From Takakia lepidozioides (lineage: Eukaryota; Plantae; Bryophyta), in contig CM060734.1 in NCBI GenBank assembly GCA_030704615.1, positions 26,226,001-26,290,000 of the forward strand: DNA of 64,000 nucleotides, given 5' to 3'. The notes beneath the pieces are model-generated. The model searched no databases. It was not told the origin of the DNA and was given only the letters and a program-made list of their open reading frames with translations. Positions 37,461-50,200 of the stretch are shown here, piece after piece. Positions within the stretch are counted from its first letter, which is position 1; each line of letters starts with the position of its first letter. Made by a program: the position numbers and the translations under genes.

Positions 37461-40454
37461 GACGATTTACAGGCCGGTAATCACTGCACATACGTCTCTC
37501 CGTCCAATTGCCATAGATATCCTTCTTGGATAGCATCACTGTGGCTGAAGCATACTCTCCACCAGAGAGCTCCACCAAACCAGCCTCCCAAAGGTCTTGA
37601 GTCCTTATCTGAATCAAAGGCCTCTCTATGTCACTATATCTATAGGGTCTCCGAAAGATTGGCGTGTCAGTGGCCAACTCAATACGAATTTCCTGACCCT
37701 TCAGTGCTCCCATGTCCTTCAAACTGAAGGCAAAGCAATTCCTGTAAGCCTCAGAAACCGCCGTATACGTCGTCTCTCTCCTCTAGTGACAATGGGTCCA
37801 ATGTTAGGCTCCCAATTGTCCTCCGTAACTGCAACCTTAAGTCCAGCAGACTTAAAGGTAGGAGATGCGTCCCGTTGTTGCTATGCCGCAACCTCTTGAG
37901 CAGTGGCCACTGCCTGCTCTGTCAGTGACAAGGCCTCATCCTGCCCCATCATCTCATCCCTGAGGACCTCCTCAACCGGAGAAGAATCCCCAACCTCATC
38001 CTTCACCGCCGCTTTGGCTGCCAACTCCCTCTAAACCTCGAGCACCTCCCACGTGTGCCATGGATACCTGCACCCCGTGGTCCTCGCCTGCTCGCCCTCA
38101 TTCACTGCCTATACCGTCTAGGTAGGCAGAGAGACCATCAAGGGAAGTGTACTCCACACTCTGCATTACTCAACCATAGCCAAGCTAATGATCCAGGTCA
38201 AGCAATTGAGATCCATTGCTTGCCCCAACACCTGACGACGTGATGCCTTAGAAAGAGACTGCACCGCCGTGGTACCAGTGGTAAAACCCATCGCCCACTC
38301 ACGCTCATCAACATTAGGCTCCACTAACTGCTGCAACTGATAATCCAACAGGAGGCCAGGTCCACTATCCCGGAACACATGCGATCCTGGGAAGCTGAGC
38401 AGTTTAGGTAATGCTGCTCGTGGTTGACCCACCTTGTTGATTACTGCCAAAGGCGAACGGTCATCGTGTCTCACACGCTGAGACTGTCTCCCTATGTCCA
38501 AAATGTTATCCACTGTCAGGTGTGTTGGCCGTTGCACCCCATCAAATGTACGCTTGAGCAGTGCGGGTGGCATCAAGTTAGTCCACCATAGCTGTGGGCG
38601 ATGAGTTCATGAACCCACTGCAGTTGTGTCCAGCAACACTGCTAACCCAAGCCACGACCGGACTTGATGCACACTGGTCATCATCCTGGCCCAAGAATCG
38701 CCCATCAGTGGCACATTCTCCAAGATGTATGTTGGAGATACAGCTTGATAAAGTTGTAAGTGGCGCAAAACCCGCACCATCTCCCAAAACAGACCCGACC
38801 TCAAGTCTCGCAATCCATTGCCATGCCCGGCTGATGAATGCCCTTGGCAAGGCCAACCTGCCACTACCAAATGAATGGAGCCAACCCGCTCCAAATCCTG
38901 CGCCCCCAGCAACGAAATGTCTGCTGGCAAGTCCTGCTTATATCCACGAATTGCAAACACCGGCAACAACTCAGGGTATTGCTGCACTAACTGAGCAACA
39001 TGGCGTAGTGAGACGCGTCGTGCAGTCTCATCCCTCTCCACATACAGGTAACGCCAAACCCGTACATCTGCCTGTAGCACAGCAGCCAATCCGGTGCTGA
39101 TCCTGCCAAACAAGTCCAGAAGGCAAATGTCGTTATCCGGATACTGCCACACAATGGGTTTGGTATCCAATGGAGACAACTGAGGTGGTCCTGGTGCAAT
39201 CCCCGCACTTTCCTCCTCTCCTAACGGTACAAACACCTCTACCCAGGCTTGTTGCACCCATCGATCAGCAATTCGCTGCAAATCCTTGCTCGTGCCTTAC
39301 AATGGAGTGTGAGCAACCATGGTAGACAACTCCGCCATACCATACATATCATCTTGCTCTGCTGGAGGTGACACATCCTCTGAATGAGCGTTGCCCTCTA
39401 GCAACTCGCTAGACCAAGTCACTGCAGCTGTGAATGCTGTTAGTGTCGGCATCTTGCCTTGCTGGGCAACCGCAACTCCTCCTATATTGAACGTCATGGG
39501 GAGTTGCACACGCCGGCCCTCCCCTGACTGCCATCCAGGCCTGACTCCTCCCAAAAATCCAAGGTGAAGCCCATAGGGTACAACACTGCCCCACCAATTA
39601 GGACATCGTACGAGACCGCGTCTGTCACAATGGCCTTGGCTCACATCATTGAGCCATCTGTCGGGTGATCCGACCGTAGTCTGATAACCAACTCACGTCG
39701 TGTTATGCCTCGAGCCTGCTCTGAACCTCCCAGAGATGTTTGTATCTGGAATGGGCAACGCTCCATGTCCGCCTCCGTGAGGCCCAAGCTTGCGATAGCA
39801 GCTCTGCCCAGCATCAAATGGCTAAGCTCCCGAGTCCAACAAGACCCGTAGTGGTCGGTACCTCTTGCCTGCCGGTCCACTCAAACAGAAAATGTCATCC
39901 TGGTTGTCTAATATGACAACTTCAGGTGTTACCATGGCGCGCTCAATGGCCGGCCTAGCTGGCAACTCCGCCAACTTGGCAGCTGCAGCTTGCCATGACG
40001 CCGCCGTGGCAGTCTTGACCCTCAAATCCCCTCCGCCACTACATCTTCCACTATATCCGCAGAAGATGAAGTGACCTCCCTACTCTCAGAGAGTGTAGCT
40101 GCCAGTCGAAACACTGTAGCTGGTCTGACCCCGACGTTGCAATCATGGTAGTCGAAAACAATGGAGCCTGACACACAGATGTGGCCGCCTCCAGCAGCAC
40201 ACTAGCTACCGTAGCCTTGGCAGCACTAGGTTGTGGTGCTGCCCGTATAGCTCTCCCCAATGGCACAGTAACCTCCGCCTCAGTAGCAGTCGGACGAGAA
40301 CTAGGTGCCATGGATGGCATCGACACTGTCTCCGCCAATGTGAATGACTGAGGAAGCCTAGCCTGAAGACTTCCCCTAGTTGTAAATCCAACTCCACCTC
40401 TGCACCTCGTGGCTCGGGAACGCGTGCTGCTCCTTGAGTCACTGCAGCAGCAGA
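37461..40454 (-). mobile_element. Element A, 5' part: gag-linker / aspartic protease / DNA methyltransferase / start of RT
   Basis: RVLLDSGA protease (DSG at 39836-39828); DNMT domain; RRPYRYSDIER...YASATV...RMCSDYRPVN RT start at 37722-37461. Confidence 0.9.
38166..39281 (-). pseudogene. DNMT3-like C5 cytosine DNA methyltransferase domain embedded in the retrotransposon polyprotein (one in-frame TGA at 38609-38607)
   Basis: Motif I LLDLFGRISTG; II YVERD; IV VAGWPCQGHS (Cys codon 38849-38847); VI YILENV; VIII AHRPQLWWTN; IX EPNVDEREWAMGF; X RRQVLGQAMD. ORFs 38607..39281 and 38166..38576 are in the same frame. Confidence 0.9.
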
Positions 40455-41160
40455 CACTACAGGAAAAGGGGGGCCTTTGCGACGCCGCGGCGTTGGAAAA
40501 ATGCGCATTTCAGGCACGCGGCAGGCGCCGAATTTGCGATGTCCGGTCGTTGCCCGACAGTCGCATGGGCGTTGCCAAAAAGACATCGTAAAAATGCGAC
40601 GTATGGGGGTCGCGAGCCCCCGCCCCAACTCCCGCGATTGCCGGACGTCGCTTTTCGGCCATCCACGCCGATGGCAGGGGCCTCCTTCGAGCGACGTCTC
40701 GCCGTCGCGGCCCTCCAGCCGACGGCGTTGGTGGGGGGGACGGCGCGGTGTCGCATCCCTTTTTTTTTCTAACCTGCCTGGGAGTCCTATCCTAAAACCC
40801 AAAAACACGTGGCGTAAACCGGGTGGTACGCCAAGCGACGCCAGTGTGTCGCTACAAGCGACTATTGGGCGTGGCAAAAAAAAATAGCAGGAGCAGGAGT
40901 CGGGCTCCGCCTAGCCCGGGCTTGGGTTTTCGCCACACTCTGGCGTCGTTTTTTTAATATTTAATCCAAAAAAATAAAAGACGTGGCGCAGGCAGGGTGG
41001 CGGGCTCCGCAACACCAGGGCGTCGTGGCTTGCGACCCCCGGACCAAAAAAACACGTCGCAGGGGGTGTCGGGCATTGCTGCCCGCAAATGGGATTTGCG
41101 ACGCCCGACCGTCGCGGCTTGCGACCCCCGCCCAAAAAACACGTCGCCAATTGCAACGTC
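40455..41160 (+). mobile_element. CACTA (En/Spm) transposon end: TIR + GC-rich subterminal repeats
   Basis: Starts CACTACAGGAAAA at 40455, followed by many tgcgacg/cgtcgc and aaaacacgt motifs in both orientations. The partner TIR was not found in the window. Confidence 0.75.
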
Positions 41161-42129
41161 CTGCAGTCATGAGGGCAACCTGGTGGGGGGGGTGTTGGGG
41201 GTTGATTTTGGGGGTGAATTGGGGGTGGTTTTGTTTTTTGCCTGGTTTTTGTTTTTGGGGATGGGAGACCTTACAGCTTCCATTTCTCTGATTTAGCAGG
41301 TACACAATTGAGCAAGCATGAATCGAGGGTGAGGACGGTGCGACACATGAATAAGATGGAAGATGGAAATATGGAAATATATTTACAGGAAATGAGCTGA
41401 AAAACTCACAAGGGTTCAGTAGCCTGTCCCTAGGACCTACATGGACTAGGACTAGTCATCCTCATCTTCATCCTCAGTGGAGGACTCAGAGCTATCCGAT
41501 GAGCCTGATGACTCCGTGCCCTTTGCCAGAGCACCTAAATGAGGCGGCGTTCCCCTAAGTCCCACAGAACTTTCATCCAATCCCTGGCCATGACCCCCGA
41601 CCTCATCCATACTAGTGCCCTACAGTGCACTCATCCCCTCCGTGTTGGCCATGTTCTTCATGAGGGATTGCCAACCATGCTCCTTGGCGTAGTTGTACTC
41701 TACCGGAGATGGCTTTCTCTCAAACCCGCGTTGCTACACATGCCACAAATTAAAGTCAATTCTTCGCGACGATGGAGCCAGAAAGAAGACATAACAAAAT
41801 CCATAAGGAAGTACGACTTACAAATCGCAAGATAAAACCTTTGGATCCGTCGGCGCCCCACTTGTGTGTGGATTCGTGCTTGTCAAGGCGGACTGTTGTT
41901 GCTTCGCGTGCCCGATCAAATTTGGCCTTGTTTGCGGCATCATTCTCTCCCGCAATGAGTGCATCCCACGATACCTATGCCCCCCCCCCCCCCCCCAACA
42001 ATTAGTGAATTACACACATACGTTGCATCGAATCCACCTCATTAATGCACATGCGACAAATGGAAGGTGAAATGATTCAGGATTTGCCAATCTGTGTAAT
42101 TTCATAAGGTGGTTTGGGTATGGTAATTT

Positions 42130-44301
42130 GTAACCAACAGTTAGTGCTAATTCATTGACGTATTTATGAAAACAGTAGTCTAGAAATAAGTAAGGCGAAT
42201 GTATAATTACTTCGGGATAAATAATTATGATTTTTAGATATATACATACATATACGCATATATATACAATAAAAGAGAGAGCCTAATGTAAATATTAGTT
42301 ATTAAGCAAACAACAAAATTTAATTTCAACCAACCAACTTTATTTTTTATTTTATTTTAAGGATTTTATGTATATATTTACGTTTAAACGATAGGGATAT
42401 TGATTTATTTAGTTTTTACTAGTCCCCATTAATTTATGTGAGTCAAGAATAGATAAGCAATTAGATCATTCTAAGGAACAGATCAGCCCAACAAACAATA
42501 TTAATATAACCAAAATAAAAGAAGATAATCAAAACCAACTATAGGGAAGTAGTGTGGCAGTTATTGGGATTTGAAACCCCAACCTCGAATGCGCGAGTGA
42601 AATCTCTAACCGATAAATCCCTCAAGTTATATTCAAAGCTAATTTGCCTATCTAAGTACTTATAGGGCTATTACAAAGATTCTGAACAGATAAGCAAAAC
42701 TAAATAAGTTGCGGCCGACAGGAGTTGAACCCCCAATCCCGGAAGTGTAAACTACCAAACTAACCATCAAACTAACCTAGAGATGTTCTTATAAGAGGGT
42801 TTCTTTTAGTTATTTAAACACAATAGTCAAATCTCACTCTTTCATATGGTCTGGCAGTTAGAATTTCCTGTTTTCAAAAATTCATAAGTCCCTACTAGAT
42901 TCTTCAATTCATTTGCTGTAAAACAGAAGCTCTAACCTAAGCTTTACTCAACAAGATATTGAAATTAGTTTGTGAATCAAGGTCCATAAAAAGGGTTTAG
43001 CTCAAATCATTCAAACATATATGTCTTTGCAGAATCAGTGCCATGGATATGACTTAAAAGTCCCAAATTCTGGTAGCATATACTGCCTACTTTAGAAATT
43101 AATATCTCTTAACCTAGGCAATAATTAAGTGAACTACAAAATTCTAGTGCTGTAGTAATCTTAATTTTATGACTCAAAGAAGACTTCACTCAGATATCTT
43201 ACTAGCAGAAGTAACTAGATCAAATCGTATCAGCCAAAAATAATTCTACACCATAGACTTTTGTTGCTCCAGTTTAAAAACAACTACTTTCAAAACTTCA
43301 TATTTTATATCTTTGGCTCTAATCTGGCTAATCTTAGGTCCTATTGGAAGTATTAGCCTTATTCTCTGTTATCAACAAGGACTAGTATAGAAAGCTTCCA
43401 AGAACATATTCTAAGGCAGATCGATTTTAAAAGAAATGAGAACCCTTTCCTACATGAAAGATGACCAAGTCCCCAACATCTACAATTGTGTGCCAGTGTA
43501 AGAAAAACTGATTTCAAAAATTAATTTATGAGGATACAAGGCTCTGATTTCACTAATGTCAGGTTGAGAGAATTATCCTTATTCTCTGCTATTAGAAAGA
43601 ACTAGCATGGAAATAGGTCAATAGGACCCCACTAGAGCAGATCTATTTTGCCAACAAATGAGCAGAATCCTAAAGCCAAAGACTTGAAAAGCAAAACAAG
43701 AACTGGATGTCCTACCAGCCCTTGTCTAGATTAGCGTTACACTTGACACTCCGAGAGGGTTGATCAGATCAAGTCATCACTTCACTCAATTACAGAGCGG
43801 AAAGAACCAAATCTGAAACAAAATAGTTGTAATTTCGAGTCCATCGCTCACTACTACTGATTCTCTCTCTATCTGTGTGCTCTCCAACTCTAACGGGTGC
43901 CCTCCACTGTGCTCTCTACATCGTGCTAGTCGCTCACTGGTACACTCTCGATTGATACTACTTGTTTCCCACTCCCCAAGCCTCTTTTTATGCTTCTGTT
44001 GGGCCAATAAGAAAATTAGGAATTAATCATTAAATTTAATGGGAAGCTTGTTGGCCAAACAAACCTGGATATTTCTGATCTCATCCATCCTGGTAATGTC
44101 ATCCCTTTTGCATCCATCCTATAAATTCATCCAGCATGTGCTCTCTCATCCGTTCGCTGATTTCATCCATTTTCATTCTTCTTCATAATTTTCATCCATC
44201 CAGGGACATGACCAACTTAAGTTGGTACATGAGTCGTTTTAAGTCCTCATGAATGTTGCTCCTCATCCATGTCATTCATCCGTTTGGGAAGTGGGGATCA
44301 C
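42130..44301. mobile_element. AT-rich insertion, possibly a solo LTR or LTR fragment, with two tRNA-like remnants (about 42555-42620 and 42712-42780)
   Basis: Non-coding and AT-rich; gggatttgaaacccc and ggagttgaacccc B-box-like motifs; ends gtggggatcac next to the truncated kelch pseudogene. No TSD seen. Confidence 0.35.
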
Positions 44302-45030
44302 TACCCTTGATCAACCAATATCCAGCGGTTCACATTTATCCTTGTTTTCCCATTAGCTCCCTTTCCCGTGCTATGTTGAGATCGGGGAGAGGTTCCCATG
44401 CTTGAAGTAGCGAGTTGTAGCGTTGTTCTGAGAGTCGTCTGCTGGTGAGATCCTCCAGCAAGATAAACATATTTTCCTACATTTGCTAACTTACAAAGAC
44501 ATCGATCCTGAATCATTTTTGGCGCTGAAGACTATTCATTGAGTTCTAAATCATACCTCCATACCATGTAGCCTCTAGGGTACTGTCCGCAAACCAAAAG
44601 CTGAGTTCCTGTAACTGCCGACTCCTTGTCAGAAACTTCAAAGGTATAATCCACAAGGTAGTCTGGCAGACAACGCCAACGCGTACTAACGGAATCAAAC
44701 GCCCACCACTTCCATGCACTTATGAGAGGCTGTACATTGTGTGTAGGCCAAGCCAGCATGTAAGCCCATTCCTCTTTGATCCCTACCCGTTTGCAAGTCT
44801 CAAAGATGTCGTTGCAGCCTTCGTCATCAACCACCGCTAGTGCATTCTGTCATTTCTTACAACCACCTTTCAGCGGTAAATAATAAGAGCGAGGCATCTG
44901 TGCAACGCATTCTAGTGTCACATAAAATGGAATTCTAGCAATGGCAGAGCCGGAAGACCAATCGAAGGACAACTCCTTGATTCCGGGATTGACAGATGAT
45001 TTCTTATTATGATTTCGTACTAAACTTCAT
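44301..45030 (-). pseudogene. F-box/kelch-repeat (SKIP11-like) pseudogene with inverted N-terminal segment
   Basis: Minus strand: EEWAYML..WWAFDSVSTRWRCLP..SDKESAVTGTQLLVCG..WRYDL..MIQDRCL..YLAGG. Plus strand 44941-45027: MAEPEDQSKDNSLIPGLTDDFLL*FRTKL (F-box start). Confidence 0.8.
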
Positions 45031-45276
45031 AAAATATATAGTAATGTACATAAAATGTGCTATTCTAAATTATGATCCGAAAAATTGATCGACATGTACC
45101 CCCGGCTGTGCCTCCGGCATTACATCCTCAACCACTTCCACTTTCATCTCTTCCGCCAGCAGTACTACCTCCACCACCTCCACCTCCACCTCCACCTCCA
45201 TCTCCACCTCCACGTGCATGTGCCCCCCGAACCCCTATGAGGGGTCGGCTTCGCCCTAGGTTTCCTCCCCTTCGGC

Positions 45277-46302
45277 TTGGGCGGCCTGAGTCGGATCCTT
45301 CGCCCCCGATGGGAAGCGCATAGGACTATGTTACTGAGGACCGTCCTGCCTCGTTGTTGGGGGAATCATCTCGACCCTCCTACCCCCATCCGAGAGAATG
45401 TGGAGTTCGAGTATTGGGGTAGACGGTATGTTGTGAGAGCTGCTACTGACCCTGCTATGGGTCGGGGTTTATTCACGGTCAATGATATTGTGGTTCCTCC
45501 TCGGAGAAACAACATGGTGGACTTGTTTCCCTACTACGGTCCATACTACACCTCTGGGGACCCGAGATCTCAGGCTCAAGTTCACAGGTTGCAAGACGGC
45601 GACTAACGATGGGGCAACTCTTGTACCCGGCCTCTTGATCTATCGAGTTTGAGTGTAGTAGGACAGTGGTGGAGGACTTAGTGAGGCTATGGCCACTATC
45701 ACATCTTGTGGCTACCTGGACTTAGATGGACCTAAGCGCCAGCTGTGATGGATTAGTGGCAGCCTAGTGGGGACCAGTGGCTGCACTAGTGGTGGCTAGT
45801 GACAGCCTACTGGTTGGACTAGTGGCTGCACTAGTGGTGGCTAGTGGCAGCCTAGTGGTTGGATTAGTGGTGGACTAGCCGTACATTACGCCTCAAAGCC
45901 CCATACATCCTACCCTACATTTTGTGTGTCAACGGACAGGATGTACGTAGACGGGGGTTGTCTCCCATTGAGATCAGATTTGTGATGGTGACCTCGATAT
46001 ACTTCGGCAATGTTACTGGGCTCATCAACAGTTCTTTTGGTCATCCTAAGAGAACCAATATAGTATGGGACGAGCGAAGCGATGGGTATGAGAGCTTTTG
46101 TGGTCATACGTCGGTATATTGTGAGGGGATGCACATGTTTGTCATGACATGTGTTAGTATGACTATTAGGGCTGGCAACAAACTATTTGCCTCATACGAG
46201 TTCTCCCGGGATGATTGGGACCTTCGATTACAGCATGAGTGGGATGTGTATGATAGAAATAGGGTTCCTTTGAGACATGGATCGCGTAGAGGGGCATTGT
46301 AG
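45277..46302 (+). pseudogene. SET-domain-like protein gene inside CACTA copy 1 (Pro-rich N-terminus; interrupted by an insertion at about 45562-45878)
   Basis: MGRGLFTVNDI...LFPYYG...GNVTGLINSS...TIRAGNKLFASY matches the ordered SET motifs GxGLF, EYxG, GNxARFINHS, IxxGEELxxDY. Confidence 0.65.
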
Positions 46303-47240
46303 ATATTCTCATGATGTACTTTATATACATCCGATTAATCGATTGATGTAAATATTTTTCTTGTTGCTCGTGTGGGTTGCAACTTTGCATATGTGAACTG
46401 AACATACTTATGCACATGTGGACCAAATATGAGCTTGAACCAAGCTCATTCAATGGGTCATTCTAGTGTTGAACGCAGCTACGTGTTGTAGAGACGGAAT
46501 ATTGCGTTCCGCCTCCACATGATTTTTATTTTATTTTATTTTTAAATTTTCAAACCATATGCTTAATGATAGCATATGCAATGTGTGTGCAAAATTTTGG
46601 TGTAAACAAAAGTCATTTGGACCTAGAACCATATTTTGTTCTCTCATTTGTACTCCAAAGTTGAGTTATCTTCAACTTCATGCACTCTTTATAGAAAATT
46701 CTACAAAAGTGACCCTAGAAACACACTTATTTTTTTTCCATTTTTTTTTTGTCCAATTTTTTGCATGGATGTAGTGGTGCAAACCCCAATGTCGCAGAAC
46801 AAAATAGATCCAAAAATAAAATCATTGCGCCCCTCAAAACCGCAATCATATATTTTCTAATTGTAAATATTCATTTTAAATTCGATTTAATTCAAAATTG
46901 GTTTAAGGGTGAGTGCGTCGTTGGGGAGCCAAATGTTTTTTTTTTTGGCTGGATCTTTGCACATGTGTTGCACACATATTTAAGCACATGTGGGAAAAAG
47001 TGAAGCTTGAGCCACATCCGTTTGATGGGTGCAATGGCATGAGAGGATTTTCTTTCACATTAATAAACAAAAATTGGTTGATAGGGTGAACGCGTCCTTG
47101 GGGGGGCAAATGATTTTGTTTGGGTTTGAAACTTTGCATGTGTGACGTTGCGCACATACATGTAATTAGTGAATGACATATTTGATGCATGCACACATTG
47201 AAGGTTGTTGTTTGCATTTCGCTTATAATAAGTTGTATGG

Positions 47241-50200
47241 TTGGAATTACACATTATAATATATGCCTGTATGTTCATTTGTTCATATCAGGACTTTGTC
47301 CATCCCTTCCCGATGCTTTCTTGGGGGACCCCATCCAAAAACAACCCAAGTACATTAGGTGGGAGCCGTGGGCGACACGCCGCCCCGACCGGCGATCAAG
47401 TATCGAACGATGATGACGATGACAGTGACATTGATAGCAGCAGTGAGGATGGAATTAACCAGAAGGATGTACAAACTATGGAGGATCTCTTAATGCATCA
47501 TATAGGCGCTGATGCAACCCATGGAGAAGAAACCAGGCCAATCGCTGATCCTGAAATGGGCCACTCAAATGACATGGAGAGGGAGGCGATAACTCCATTG
47601 TACGATGGGGCGAAAGTGAGTCGACTTTCAACAATCTTACTATTGCTCAATCTTCAAGTTCGATTTGGCATAAATAATGTTGGGATGTCTGCCATAATGC
47701 GAACTATTGCAGACTATATCCTTGCTCCACACTTGAAACCCAAGATGCCACGGTCGCGGAAAGAGGCGCGCGAAGTGTTGGACTCCGTGAGGATGGGCTA
47801 TAAGATTTTTCATGCATGTCCATGTGATAAAACCCTATACTATGGAGAGGATTCGCGTCTCACCAAGTGCCCAAAGTGCAAGGAAGATCGATATCAGGAT
47901 GATGTCCAAGGGAAAAAAGTACCACGCAAGGTATAAGCGTCATCCCCCCTCGCATGGAAATTTTCTTCTTTAATCTTGTCAATGCATGTCAAGTATATTC
48001 CACAAAGTTTGGGGTTTAGCGAGTACTACTCATGCAAGATCTGATTGTGGCTTTGGAAGGAGTGAGTAATACTAGCGACGTTTGGTTTTGACCATTCACG
48101 CCCAAATGAGGGAGAGGCTGTATAAAGGGAAAGACATAAGGGTGTTGTATTATGTGTGCTAATGGGATGATTATATGTGGGGGACGTGGGGTATTTCATA
48201 AAATGCATTACTTTCCGTTCATCTCGCGATTGAAGGCACATTACCGAAGCCCGGAGTTGGCAACACTGATGAGATGGCACACCTCGCATCGGAGCCCCCC
48301 GGGAAAGGTGTGCGGGCCACAAGATTCACAAGCATGGAGGCATACTGAAGTGATGTGGCCTTTTCGCTTGGAGGACCCACGACATGTCCGCCTCGGCTTC
48401 TCCTCGGATGCGGTCAACCCATACTCTGTCCAGTCATGTAGTCATTCCACTTGGCCGGTGACCTCAGTGAATTACAACATCCCTCTATATCTTTCAATAA
48501 AAAAATGCCATATCATGTTGGCTGCCATTGTACCAGGTGAGTGTACCCATTTCATGCTTATTATTCCATTGGACTTTACATTAATCTTATGATCTCTGGC
48601 GCAATTCGGATGCAAGATTGATGAGTGACATAATCATGGAGTAAGACTTGTAATTCATTATGTAGTATAATTTGCATATTAGTGGAGCATTGAAACAATG
48701 ATGTGAATGTATCATAGGGAAAAAACAAGTGACAAAGATGGACACGTACTTGCGACCTCTAGTTGATGAACTTAAGGAGCTATGGAGGGGGGTCCCGGCA
48801 TTGGATGCTTCACTTGACCCTATGACCGGACAATCTTTTCAGATGAGAGACATATTGCTTTGGACAATGCATGATTATCCAGATATATTATGTTCCCCAT
48901 GAAGAACCCGCGAACATTTACTTGTCAAGGCCGGATAGTCTTGTCAAGGCGACAGTCTTGTGCACCGTAGTGGGGGTAGATGGCACTATGGGCCATGCAC
49001 ATGAGAACTTCTTGTCTTGGCTAATGTGGCGGGATGTGTACAGGACTAACTGTTTGCTCGGGGCTAAGCACCAAAGGGTACCATGCGTGCTTGCATTGTG
49101 GCGATGATCTTGATGCGCATAGCTCCCGCCATCTTCGCAAGATGGTGTATCCCAACTACCGCAAGTTTCTTCATATGAGCCATCGATGGAGAAGAAGAGA
49201 GAAAAACTTGTTTGATGGCAAAGAGGAGGTACGTCCCCCCCCTATGACACCATCCGGGCAGTTTTGGGAAGACCGATGGAAGGAGGCCCATGCGGGCACG
49301 GTCGGTGAAGTGGACGTACCCGGCATGAAGCGACTTTCAATCTTCTACGAGTTGCCATATTGGGCGGTACGTATTCCACAGAAACACCGTCAATATCCCT
49401 ATGCATGCATGTGATATTGCACATTTGGTATGCATTGCATTGTCACTTTCACGTCAAAAAAAATTGTGTAAGTATTTGTGGGTGGGGATATATGTAGGAC
49501 CTGAAGATTCGTCATCTTCTAGATCCCATGCATATTGAGAAGAATGTCTGTTCGTCCAATTTTCGGGTTCTTCATGGCACGCCGGCAAAGAAGGGAGTGG
49601 CTGCAAAAGGAGATTCTCTCGGTGTTAGAAAGGAGCTTGAGGAGCAGGGTCGCATGCGCCATCTATGGGCCGAACAAAATGGTATGGACCCAAAGGGTGT
49701 TGTACGGTGGAAGTATAGGCACGCACCTTGGCAATGGACAAAGGAGGAACACAAGAATGTGATAGCCACCATAGGTGTTGTCCGAACACCAACTGGTTAT
49801 GGGTCATCCCTCCGTATGAAGTTCAACGAAGACGGGGTCCATGGTTTGAAGTTTCATGACTACCACAATATTTTGCAAGACATCTTACCCATTGCAGTAC
49901 GTGGGACATTGACGCCCGAGGTCCATGAGACAATCTACAGATTGGGAGGCTTGTTCCGGTGGATTTGCTCCAAAGAGTTGGAGGAAGCGGATTTTTCACG
50001 CATGAAGAAGGAGACGGCGGAGGTAATGTGTATGTTGGAGATGAACCTTCATCCCTCATTCTTTGACATCCAAGTGCACTTGGTAGTGCACTTAGTGGAA
50101 GAGGCTTCGATTGTTGGCCCTGTTCATTCTCAGTGGATATACTGGGTAGTGGCAGACTACACTGGCTCAAAAGCGGCAAATATGCCCTCCACTGAAAGTC

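Noticed and set aside
38166-39281. Host DNMT3/DRM gene or bacterial restriction-modification methylase contamination
   Set aside because: It is intronless and collinear between retroviral protease and RT, the motif order is not permuted as in DRM, and no restriction enzyme or bacterial genes are nearby.
42555-42780. tRNA genes
   Set aside because: Only B-box-like remnants; no full cloverleaf could be formed.
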